A DNA stretch of 64,000 bases. Source: Macrostomum lignano (taxonomy: Eukaryota). The position numbers were made by a program, and so were the translations under genes. The DNA is taken from contig NIVC01000543.1 in NCBI GenBank assembly GCA_002269645.1, forward strand, positions 248,001 to 312,000, given 5' to 3'. Below are positions 50,707 through 59,809 of the stretch, piece after piece. Under the pieces are notes generated by a model. The model was given only the letters and a program-made list of their open reading frames with translations, was not told the DNA's origin and ran no database searches. Position 1 is the stretch's first letter, and every line of letters starts with the position of its first letter.

Positions 50707-52010
50707 CACCGACAGTCCTTCCATCCGTCACACACCTTCAAGGGGGTAGTAAAATCCCAAATCCTTTGGTACGCTCGTATCTGTGATGACTACAAGTCTT
50801 TCAACGATGCTTTCAATTCTTTAAAATCGGAACTCAAGCAATTAGGCTACTCGAAGATTTTTCTTAGAAACTGCAAAAAGGATGTCCTCATACTTATGAA
50901 CTGGACTGCAGGACCAACGACCAATCTGGGTCTGCTTCCCAAAGGGTTCCATCCCTGTGGGTCATCCCGCTGCAAATGCTGCACCCACTCACCGCCTGCT
51001 CTCTCCGCCCAGGGACTGAAACCGGCTTCTGGTTTTTTAATCTCTTAGAGCCTGTCCTGTGGCTCCAAGAACATCATCTATGGCATCTCCTGCAACCAGT
51101 GCCACCCTGGGAAAATCTTCTATGTAGGGATGACTAGAAGAACAATGAGAGATAGAATGAACCAGCACAGGTCAAATATTAACAGGAGAGTCGTAACTTC
51201 GGGGTCAGAGCACTTTCTCACCCCCAATCACTTGATTGCAAACTTTGTCTCCATTGCTATCGAACAAGTTCTTAATAACAACAAAATCGAACTAAGGGAA
51301 GAAATCTGGATTAAAAAACTGGGGACTGACAAACCACCAGGTACGAACATCAGGGTCGACAATCATCTTCTCCGACCCATCCCAATGGTCCTTCCTTTTC
51401 ACCCATCTACGGTCTGGCTTGCCAACGAGATTGCTAAAAACTTGATAAGCTACAAAATAAACCAGGCTCCCGCATACTGCCCGCATTTACACGGCAACGT
51501 AACTTACAGAGCCTCCTGGCTCCCAATAAGTTCAAGTCTCAGCCAGGAAACATTTAATCATTTTAACCAATGCGCTATTTTTACCCTATTGAAGTACAAT
51601 ATTTATTCACGTGTCATTTATTTTATTTTATTCAAACTGCTTAATTGTACTCTCAATATTGATTTTTATGCTCCTACCCCCTATACCGGCATTTCATCTA
51701 ATCGTATAGTATCGCATATCGTATAGTACTTCGAAATAACAATTTTTTATAACAAATATACTGTCGTTTAAAATTAATGGTGGAAAGCCTCTGGGACAAG
51801 TTAGAGCTAGGCAAAACAGGGTTTTAAATGTACATCCCTCATATGTACAACTACTCATCAATTCTATCAGACTAAGAAAAATAATACTTAAAAGACCAAC
51901 TTGAATTGCATGACACACAGATTTTTTGGCCTGACGAAGAGCCCAGAGGCTCGAAACCGGTAGCCCATATTAAATTAATTAGTCTTTTGATTTTTTTAAA
52001 CACGCCGTGA
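50707..52010 (+). mobile_element. 5'-truncated Penelope-like element: RT thumb plus C-terminal GIY-YIG endonuclease, one in-frame stop (51046..51048), 3' pseudo-LTR region
   Basis: HPSHTFKGVVKSQILWYARICDDYKSFNDAFNSLKSELKQLGY (PLE thumb); GFHPCGSSRCKCC; SCGSKNIIYGISCNQC...FYVGMTRRTMRDRMNQH...EHF...REEIWIKKLGTDKPPGTN (GIY-YIG with CCHH residues); downstream hammerhead. Confidence 0.9.
51928..51965 (+). ncRNA. Minimal type-I hammerhead ribozyme of the Penelope-like element
   Basis: GGC-CUGACGA-A-GAGCC(CAGA)GGCUC-GAAA-CCGG-UA|GCC: conserved core, 5-bp stem II, palindromic CCGG stem III, GUA cleavage triplet and 3-bp stem I (GGC/GCC). Confidence 0.82.
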
Positions 52011-52045
52011 CCTCTCTTCTCTCTCTCTCTCTACCTCTCTCTCTC

Positions 52046-52120
<75 letters not shown>

Positions 52121-52870
52121 CCATCTCTCTTCTCCTCTCTACTCTTTCCCCTCTTCATTCTCCTACTTCCTCTTCTCTCTCCCCGTCTCTCCTCTCTCCT
52201 CTAGTCTCTGTAATCTTTTCTCTCTTATCTCTCCTGTGTTCTCTCTACTCTCCCATCTCTCGTCTGCTCATCTGCTCTCTCATCTGTTATTTTTACTCTC
52301 TTATACGTTCTCTCACTTATCTCCTCTGTACTCTTCTCTTTCACCTCTTCTGACTCCTCTTTTTCCTTACTCCTTTCTTCTTTTCTCTTCCCTCTTCTAT
52401 ACTCTCTCTCCTCTATTATCTTCTCTTGTCTCTCTGCACTCTCCTCTCACCTTTTCCATCTCTTATCTCTTCTTTCATCTGTCTCATCTCTACAATCTCA
52501 TCTCTTTCCTCTCTCCTCTTCTTCCCTTTACTCTCTCATCCCCCTTCTCCCCTCTTCTTTCACCACTCTTTTATCTCTATCTCTTCTCTTCTCACTCCTC
52601 TCTCCCCCTCTTATCTCCTCTCTTCTCTATCCTTTCTACTCTATCCTCTCTAATCTCTCCTCTCCTCTTGACCCTCTGTCATCTTTCTGCTCTCTCATCT
52701 CTACTCTCTTCTCAATCTTCTCTACTCTCCTCTCTCATCGATCCTCTGTCTCATCTCTCCCCTCTTCTCACCTTTACTCTTTCCTCTCCTTCCTTTCTCC
52801 CCTCCTCTCGCTTCTTCCTCCCTTCTTCTCTGCTCTCTCCTCACCACTTTTCCTTTTCACTCTCATCTGG
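52011..52870. repeat. CT-rich low-complexity tract including (CT)n microsatellite
   Basis: Read directly. Confidence 0.95.
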
Positions 52871-53402
52871 CCCGCAGCCATGAGCTGGATTCTTTATCTG
52901 GCCTTTGAGATAAAAATCTGCCAATCCCTGCTTCAAAAGTACTATCATGATTGTTATCATTTCTTATGCTTTAATCATGTCATCTTTCTGGCCAATTAGC
53001 AGCCCTGAGAGGAATTTGTGTATCTCCATTCTCCAGCTCCACCACCACAGTCTGCAGCAGTCTAACAACCAAGGAAATACGCATTTCTTAGGAGGCCATT
53101 TAAATTTTAAAGTTACCTTATTCGAATCTTAATGTTAATGTAGTGAGCCGCTAGTTTATGGTTAGGCGTTGCCCTTGTCAGCTGTTCCCTCGCCTCCGCC
53201 CTGGGTTGCTGTCTGCCGCTGGTCAGCTTCCCGCCCCTCCCTTTCGTTTGTCTGCTGCTGCCCGTGGCCTGTTCTGGCCTTCTGCGTCTCTGTTCTCAGC
53301 CCCCAGCCTCTCGGCTGTGGGCTGTCTCTGTTTCGCTCCCGTCCCGTTTTCCCTGTCTTGTGAGCAAGTCACATGACAGTTCTTGCGTTCTTTGAGTCTT
53401 AA

Positions 53403-53687
53403 AGTGCAGTAAACATGTTTACTGCACTCGTTGGCCCTGTTTACCGGGTGAGTCACGTGCTTTCGGACCCCTCCCTTCTCTAAGGAGAGGAGTGACTCAT
53501 GTTGCTAAAAATAGCAACTGAGTCACAGCCGCGTGTACTCTGGCCGGCGACCTCAAGTGACGTCATTTCAAAAAGTCACGAGGTCTTCCGCACGCTTGTA
53601 CCCTGCCCAAGACTCTCGAGTGACGTCAGTTCTAAAAATAGAACAAGTCACGAGGTCTTCTGCGTGGGTGTTTCCTGGCTATAAATA
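53403..53687 (+). promoter_or_regulatory. LTR U3 enhancer/promoter: 26-bp perfect palindrome, three AP-1 sites, E-box, two CRE sites and TATA
   Basis: AGTGCAGTAAACATGTTTACTGCACT (53403..53428); TGA(G/C)TCA at 53449, 53493 and 53519; CACGTG at 53454; TGACGTCA at 53558 and 53621; TATAAATA at 53680. Confidence 0.7.
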
Positions 53688-54118
53688 GGAGCTCCCTCCC
53701 CCTTGTTTCCGTCAAGGAGTCTTCTTTCTGTTCAACCTCGAGTTCTACGTCTGCGTGTGACCAAATCCCCGAGTGTCCGAGCCTTTGCGCATATTGACTC
53801 TATTCCTATTGCTCCGACTGAAACCCGACCAAGTCAACCCAAGTCTACGAGAGGCTAACTCAGCCCTCCCTCTACCATCCTAGCCCGGCAGGTACTGCTG
53901 ACGAGACGCCTTATACGTTGAGCTGCAAATCTGCACGTCGTGCTGTGTTCGTTGACTTCATTATTTCGTTCCGACGGGAAGCTCACCTCACCGAAGGCCG
54001 AGACCTGAAGGAACTGGTGGCAGCACTACCTACGCTACTAAAGTTAAGAAGGCTTCTAAGTGAGAGGACGAAGCCTAAGTCACTGCGCTGTACAGCAGGA
54101 CAACCACAGGTACAACAC

Positions 54119-54138
54119 TGGTGGCAGCGGTGGGATTC
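54119..54138 (+). other. Perfect tRNA-Leu primer-binding-site sequence located inside the 5' LTR (copy at 62687..62706 in the 3' LTR)
   Basis: TGGTGGCAGCGGTGGGATTC is the complement of the eukaryotic tRNA-Leu(AAG/UAG) 3' end ...GAATCCCACCGCTGCCA-CCA as I recall it. Confidence 0.8.
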
Positions 54139-54181
54139 AAAGACCTACCAGGCCACCCCAAGAAAAACCAGTCTATTTCAC

Positions 54182-54201
54182 TGGTGACGCAGCGGTGGGA
54201 T
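54182..54201 (+). other. Primer-binding site immediately 3' of the 5' LTR (bulged tRNA-Leu PBS)
   Basis: TGGTG-AC-GCAGCGGTGGGAT lies 1 nt after the LTR end and equals the Leu PBS with a 2-nt insertion. Confidence 0.8.
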
Positions 54202-54272
54202 CCGACTACGACACACCCAAGCCAACCGCTCTTTCGAGAACGACATCGGCCAGTAACTACTACGAGTTCAAC

Positions 54273-55445
54273 ATGTTCAACGAACGAGACGAGAGCCGGT
54301 GCAGCAGCCGGCTGGATCAGCACATCAGTAGCTCGAGGCCTGCGGCCACGGACGCCGCAGCAGCAGCAGCGATCAACGACTTTGGTCAGCAGCCAACGCC
54401 GAGGCAAGGTGCCAGAAGCGACGTGTCCGATGACCCGCCAGACGAGCTTCTGCAAGGCCTGGACAACATCGGCCGGAACATCACGCACCAGGACGTGAGG
54501 ACCATGATGGCAGCTCTGCAGCAGCAGATGGAGCGGCCTGTGAGTAAACAAGTTAAGATTGTGAAGTATACTCCAAGTCAGGACATTCATGTCTGGCTTG
54601 CCGCGTTCGAGCAGCGTTGCGAGATGGAGCGCATCGTCGACCCGTTCGAGATGAAGCAACACCTCATCGCGAGTCTTGACTTAGCGACTGCGTATCCTGC
54701 CCTGCTTGGTATGAATCTTCCGCGTTTCGCCAGCTACGAGGAGGTCAAGCAGCGTCTGATTGAGCGATTTGCCCGTCATGGTGGTGCTGATGAGTACAGA
54801 GAACTGTTGCGACGTCGTCAACAAGGCAAGAATGAGTCAGCAGAAGAGTTTGCTGACGCCCTGAGAACTCTTGGTGAACGTGCGTATCCTCGGATGCACC
54901 CTGAAGACCGTGAGAAGGAGATTGCGGATCAATTTCTCGCTGGTATCCGGACGACTCCAGACCTGCGCGAACGGCTGTACTGGGTTCGCCCGAACAATCT
55001 TCTTGCTGCGATTCGAGAACTACGACGACTAGAAGGCGCCAAAGAATTGGCGCAACGAACCGCTCAACCCCCGGTTAGGATGTTGGACGGGGAGGAGGAC
55101 GGCGACCCGAAGCCCGACGTCACCGCCCAAGCCTTGCTGACTCTAACCGACTTGATCGAGAAACAGCAGCGAATGCTTGATCACCTGGTGCAGCGTGACC
55201 AACAGCAGATAGCCAGTCCGCCGAAGAGAGCCATAATCTGCTATAGCTGCGGACAGCCCGGTCATCGCAACACCCAGTGCCCGATGCGCCAGAACCAGGG
55301 AAACGGCCAGGCGGAGAGCGACAACGGCACCGCCCTCCGCGAGGTCCAAGCCCAGGCTACTTGGCAGACTCCGAGAGGTCACCAGAAGAAGAGGATGTCG
55401 GCTGTGCAGGCGCCAATGCCCAGTCCGACAGTCGCTCGCCAGTAA
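54273..55445 (+). CDS. gag: Gypsy Gag (first ATG at 54273; frame open from 54060)
   Basis: Capsid-like motifs (WLAAFEQRC, YEEVKQRLIERF, RRQQGKNESAEEFADALRTLG, DQFLAGI) and zinc knuckle CYSCGQPGHRNTQC. Confidence 0.93.
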   Translation: MFNERDESRCSSRLDQHISSSRPAATDAAAAAAINDFGQQPTPRQGARSDVSDDPPDELLQGLDNIGRNITHQDVRTMMAALQQQMERPVSKQVKIVKYTPSQDIHVWLAAFEQRCEMERIVDPFEMKQHLIASLDLATAYPALLGMNLPRFASYEEVKQRLIERFARHGGADEYRELLRRRQQGKNESAEEFADALRTLGERAYPRMHPEDREKEIADQFLAGIRTTPDLRERLYWVRPNNLLAAIRELRRLEGAKELAQRTAQPPVRMLDGEEDGDPKPDVTAQALLTLTDLIEKQQRMLDHLVQRDQQQIASPPKRAIICYSCGQPGHRNTQCPMRQNQGNGQAESDNGTALREVQAQATWQTPRGHQKKRMSAVQAPMPSPTVARQ

Positions 55446-58400
55446 GTGACGCGGAGTGCGGAGGTTTCGTGGACACCTCCCCGAATCAAAAAATCCATGC
55501 GCGTGAGGCCGATCCGTACGTCACAGGTCGAGTTGCGAGTCGAGAGGTCCCTTTCTTGCTTGACAGCGGCAGCCGGAAAAACTTTCTTGGTTCGTCAACC
55601 TGGGCCGCTATTAGACGTCGGATGCCTCGTTGTATCATATCGCATGCTATTCCCGATTGCGTAACTATGTATGATGGGACGCAGCTCCCACTTGCTTGTA
55701 AGGTGACCATCCCAGTGGAGTTCGGTGATGTCGTCGCGGACACCGAATTCCTCGTCACAGTCTCCGATTGTGAAAATTTGCTTGGCGTATCGTTTATGCG
55801 AGAGCACTGCCAGAACTTGGACTTCGCTCAAGGAATGTTGAAGTTTAACAATGGCGCGTGCATCCCCGTTCGCTATTCGCGTCGTGAGCTTCAGAACTGC
55901 CGAGTGTACACCTCCGAGAAGTGCACCCTGCCGCCTAGAAGTTCAGCGCTGCTTGCCGTCAGACTGGATGACGGCCACCCTGAGAATCGAGGATCGCCAT
56001 CAATCGTCGAGCTGGTTAAGTCGAGGCTGCATCCCAGTTGCAACGTTCTGGAAGCAGCGCCTGCTCTGATGACGATGCCTGAAGGTCGCGGCTATCTTGA
56101 GGTCGTCAACACCGCCGACAGCGAGGTGTTCCTGCAAGCCGGTATCCGTGTTGGTGTTGCGATGCCACTCCGAACTGCCGACCTGATGTACCTGAGTGAG
56201 ACGCCCGAACCTGAAGTGCGACACCTCCCGAAGAACTCTGAAGAGTCCAGCACGGCATGGCTAGATGAAGTCGAGATCAACAGCGAATTGTCCAAAGAAC
56301 AACATCAAAGAGTGCGAGACCTACTAGTCGAATGTCAAGCGGCCTTCTCCAAACACCTGCTAGACGCCGGCCTGACTCACCTGGTGACCCACGAGATCGT
56401 CTTGAAAGATCGGACACCAGTCGCGCTACCACCGCGCCGAATCCCGCCTCATCTGAAGGACAAACTCGACGCCCTGCTAGACGAGATGCTGGCGAAGCAC
56501 ATCATTCGCCCTGCCTACTCGAGCTACAATTCGCCAATGCTCATCGTGCCCAAGAAGGACGGCAACATCCGACTAGTCCACGACTTCAGAGCTCTCAACG
56601 ACAGGTGTGTGTATCACCCGTATCCGCTGCCGCACATTCAGGAAACCTTCGCGAAGCTTCGTGGTGCTCAGTGGTATTCTAGCTTGGACCTTGCTCAAGG
56701 ATTCTGGCAGATCCCGCTGCGCGACTGCGACCAGCACTTGACGGCATTCTCAGTGATCGACCGCGGCCAATTCTGTTTTAACGTTCTACCGATGGGTCTC
56801 CACGATAGTCCCGGCAGCTTTCAGCGTTGCATCAATAAGCTCCTGGACGGCCTGACGCCAAAGACTGCGCTTGGCTATATGGACGACATCGTGGTGCACT
56901 CAGTGACCTTCGAGGAACAGCTGGATAACTTGCGAACTGTACTCCAGCGCATCATCGCAGCCAACCTCAAAGTGAAACCGAAGAAGTGTCATTTGTTCCT
57001 CAAGGAGTTGCATTATTTAGGTCACGTCGTGACTCCCGACGGCCTGAAGACCTGTGAGGACAAGATTGCGCAGATCCGTGATTGGCCCGTGCCACAGTCC
57101 GTTACTCAACTGAGACAATTCCTAGGCCTCGCCAATTACTACCACAAGTTTGTCGACGGCTACGCTGGAGTGGCTGCGCCGCTGCATGCCCTGACACGAA
57201 AGGACATTGGCAGCCTGCGGCAGCACTGGACTCCCGAGCATCAGCACGCGTTCGACACTCTGAAGAAGAAATTGTGTTCTACTGAAGTTCTCGCTCTGCC
57301 TGAATTTAATACTGATCCTGCAGTGAAGTTTGTCCTCGACACGGATGCCTCTGATATTCGAATAGGCGCTTGCCTTGGACAACTGCAATCCGACGGCGTC
57401 GAACGTCCAATTGCATTCTTTAGCCGTAAACTTCGCGATCCTGAGAAGCGCTACACGGTCACGAAGAAAGAGCTGCTTGCAATTGTGGACACTACGCGAC
57501 ATTTCCGTCATTACTTAATCGGCAAGAAGTTTGAAGTTCGATCCGATCATCGGGCCTTACTGTGGTTACTGAACCAAACTCAGGCCACAGGTATTTTAGG
57601 CCGCTGGATCGAACGCCTAAGCGAGTTCCGCTTCCAGCTCAACCACCGCAAAGGCAAGGACCACGCCAACGCTGATGCCCTGTCAAGAAGACCGGAGGGC
57701 CCGCCGATCTTCTTCGACCATGGCCGACTGCAAGAGCAACCTGGTTCTACAGCCCGACCCGGTGACGACCACGACCTGGAACCGGATTTGGACACGACAC
57801 CCGAGGCCACTGCCAGAGCAGTCCTCCAGAAGACAGTCCACTCTCGCTGCTTGGAGGCCAAGACTGACCTGGACGAAGACCTGGAAGCCACCGCGCCAGC
57901 AGCCTTCCAGCACGACGCCCACCGCTGCAGTCAACGCCTGGAGACCGGCCTGGATGACAACTCAGAGGCCACTGCGACAACAGCCCTCTGCCGCGATGCC
58001 CATGCCGCCTACCGCAACTTGGAGACCAACCTGGACGAAGACCTTGAGGCCACTGTGGACACAGACCTCCTTGACGACGTCCAAGACTTCCGGTCTCGGA
58101 TTCTGGAGACGCCCACGGACCAAGATTCAAAGGCCACCGCACCAGCAGCCCTTCTGATGACGGCCCGCAACGCAACTCCAGGCAAGCAATTTACCTACAA
58201 CCCTACCGAGCCTTTCGCTGAGATTTCTCGCCGTGTTGACAGAGGCCAGAATCTCGCGCCAGCTGCAAGGTCGAAGCTCTGTCCCCCGGGCCGACAGACA
58301 GCTGCTCATCGCCTGTGCGGAAAGTCGAGTCCCCCTTTGCGACACCGCCCAGTGCAGGAGAAGACTCACCCAATTTTGATGACGACTGAGCCGACGGCTA

Positions 58401-59809
58401 TGGCTGCCTGCGACGAGGCGTGCTTCACGTGTTGCGTCCCGCCCTACAGCCAAGAGTCGCCTGTGCTAGGCAGTGGAGGCATGCGCGCTGCTCCATCTGC
58501 GGAATCTTCTGTCACGAGAGCGACGATGAGAACTTCGAAACGAGATCAACGAACGTACGCCGACGTTGTGAGACAAAGTCCCTCGGAGCGACCTAATCCT
58601 GACGCCGACAAGACGGTGCCGTGTGATCGACCTGGAGCCATTAAAGCGGAGACTGCGGGAGTCATGACCCCTCAGCCATGCCGCGCCGTGCTCACTGATT
58701 TTCTGAAGCTGCCGATGACTCGCCAACAGTTCGTTGAAGCCCAGCGCGCTGACCGAGCCATTAGCTACGTGCTCAACCTGGTCAAGGACGAAGCCCCGAA
58801 GCCTGAGTTCGACGCCCGGTTGCGCCTGACGAAGGAGCAGCGGAACCTGCTCGGATACTACGAGAACCTGCAGGAGGACAACGGCCTGCTGCTGATTGAC
58901 CTGTCCGATGGCCAGCAGCCGCCAAAGGTTGTTCTGCCTGAGGCCCTTGACGCCCAGGTGCTCCAGGAGCTCCACAGTTCGCCACTGTGTGGACACCTCG
59001 GCGAGACGAAGACGTTACTGCGGCTACGAGAACGGTTCTGGAGACCCGGATTAGCCCGTGCTACCAAGACCTTTATCAGTAAGTGCCGCACCTGCCTTGA
59101 AAGTAAATCGCGACGGCGAGAGAGAGTTCCGGTCCAGAGCTTCCCAGTCTGCGAAGTTCTGGGTAGAATCCACTGTGATGTAGTAGGACCAATCGCGCAG
59201 AAGAGCAAGAGCGGCAACCGCTACATCCTGACCTTGTGCGATGCGACGTCGAAGTATCCATTCGCCTACCCGATGAGAAACCAGAAAGCCAAAACAGTCA
59301 TCAAGCTTCTGCAAGAGCGCTTCATCCCCGAGTTCGGTGTACCATGCTGGATTCACACTGACCAAGGCACCAACTTTACCGGCACAGCTTTCAAGAAGTT
59401 CTGCGACCTGTTCGGCATTCGGCACACGACAACAACACCATACAACCCAGCTTCCAATGGACAAGTCGAGAATCTGAACAAACAACTGAAGAAGGTCCTC
59501 ACCTGCCTGCTTGAGCGCAACCACAACGACTGGGATACCTACCTCCCAGCCTGCCTGATGGCTCTCCGCTCCAGCGTCCACCCGGTGACCGGTTTCACGC
59601 CTCACTACCTGGTGTTCGGCCGTGACTTCCGACTCCCGATCGACAACGCGCTGAAGAAGCTGCCTGAGTACGCCGATCTGCCCGACTACGTCAAAGACTT
59701 CCAGTGTCGCCTGGACGAGGCGACTGAGCTGGCCAAGGAGCGCCTGCACCTGCACCAACAACTGCGAGACGAGCACTACTCGAACCTGCCCGCCGCCAAG
59801 AAGCTCTAA
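55277..59809 (+). CDS. pol: Gypsy Pol (protease-RT-RNase H-spacer-integrase), -1 frame relative to gag; in-frame TAA precedes the GPY/F tail, which continues to 60358
   Basis: LLDSGS protease; RT with LDLAQGFWQI and YMDD; RNase H DTDASD and YTVTKKELLAIV; integrase HHCC (H..PLCGH...C..C) and D-D-E (IHCDVVGP, IHTDQGTNF, NGQVENLN). Confidence 0.96.
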   Translation: MPDAPEPGKRPGGERQRHRPPRGPSPGYLADSERSPEEEDVGCAGANAQSDSRSPVSDAECGGFVDTSPNQKIHAREADPYVTGRVASREVPFLLDSGSRKNFLGSSTWAAIRRRMPRCIISHAIPDCVTMYDGTQLPLACKVTIPVEFGDVVADTEFLVTVSDCENLLGVSFMREHCQNLDFAQGMLKFNNGACIPVRYSRRELQNCRVYTSEKCTLPPRSSALLAVRLDDGHPENRGSPSIVELVKSRLHPSCNVLEAAPALMTMPEGRGYLEVVNTADSEVFLQAGIRVGVAMPLRTADLMYLSETPEPEVRHLPKNSEESSTAWLDEVEINSELSKEQHQRVRDLLVECQAAFSKHLLDAGLTHLVTHEIVLKDRTPVALPPRRIPPHLKDKLDALLDEMLAKHIIRPAYSSYNSPMLIVPKKDGNIRLVHDFRALNDRCVYHPYPLPHIQETFAKLRGAQWYSSLDLAQGFWQIPLRDCDQHLTAFSVIDRGQFCFNVLPMGLHDSPGSFQRCINKLLDGLTPKTALGYMDDIVVHSVTFEEQLDNLRTVLQRIIAANLKVKPKKCHLFLKELHYLGHVVTPDGLKTCEDKIAQIRDWPVPQSVTQLRQFLGLANYYHKFVDGYAGVAAPLHALTRKDIGSLRQHWTPEHQHAFDTLKKKLCSTEVLALPEFNTDPAVKFVLDTDASDIRIGACLGQLQSDGVERPIAFFSRKLRDPEKRYTVTKKELLAIVDTTRHFRHYLIGKKFEVRSDHRALLWLLNQTQATGILGRWIERLSEFRFQLNHRKGKDHANADALSRRPEGPPIFFDHGRLQEQPGSTARPGDDHDLEPDLDTTPEATARAVLQKTVHSRCLEAKTDLDEDLEATAPAAFQHDAHRCSQRLETGLDDNSEATATTALCRDAHAAYRNLETNLDEDLEATVDTDLLDDVQDFRSRILETPTDQDSKATAPAALLMTARNATPGKQFTYNPTEPFAEISRRVDRGQNLAPAARSKLCPPGRQTAAHRLCGKSSPPLRHRPVQEKTHPILMTTEPTAMAACDEACFTCCVPPYSQESPVLGSGGMRAAPSAESSVTRATMRTSKRDQRTYADVVRQSPSERPNPDADKTVPCDRPGAIKAETAGVMTPQPCRAVLTDFLKLPMTRQQFVEAQRADRAISYVLNLVKDEAPKPEFDARLRLTKEQRNLLGYYENLQEDNGLLLIDLSDGQQPPKVVLPEALDAQVLQELHSSPLCGHLGETKTLLRLRERFWRPGLARATKTFISKCRTCLESKSRRRERVPVQSFPVCEVLGRIHCDVVGPIAQKSKSGNRYILTLCDATSKYPFAYPMRNQKAKTVIKLLQERFIPEFGVPCWIHTDQGTNFTGTAFKKFCDLFGIRHTTTTPYNPASNGQVENLNKQLKKVLTCLLERNHNDWDTYLPACLMALRSSVHPVTGFTPHYLVFGRDFRLPIDNALKKLPEYADLPDYVKDFQCRLDEATELAKERLHLHQQLRDEHYSNLPAAKKL

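Larger units (their letters stand above)
53139..54180 (+). repeat. 5' LTR
   Basis: Begins TGTAGTGAGCC and ends CTATTTCA; matches 61697..62748. Confidence 0.95.

Noticed and set aside
49951-50786. Leu/Ser-rich membrane-like ORFs (also 52007..52883)
   Set aside because: They are translations of CT-rich low-complexity DNA.
53897-53930. CTGACGA in the LTR as a hammerhead core
   Set aside because: No GAAA box or stem II follows.
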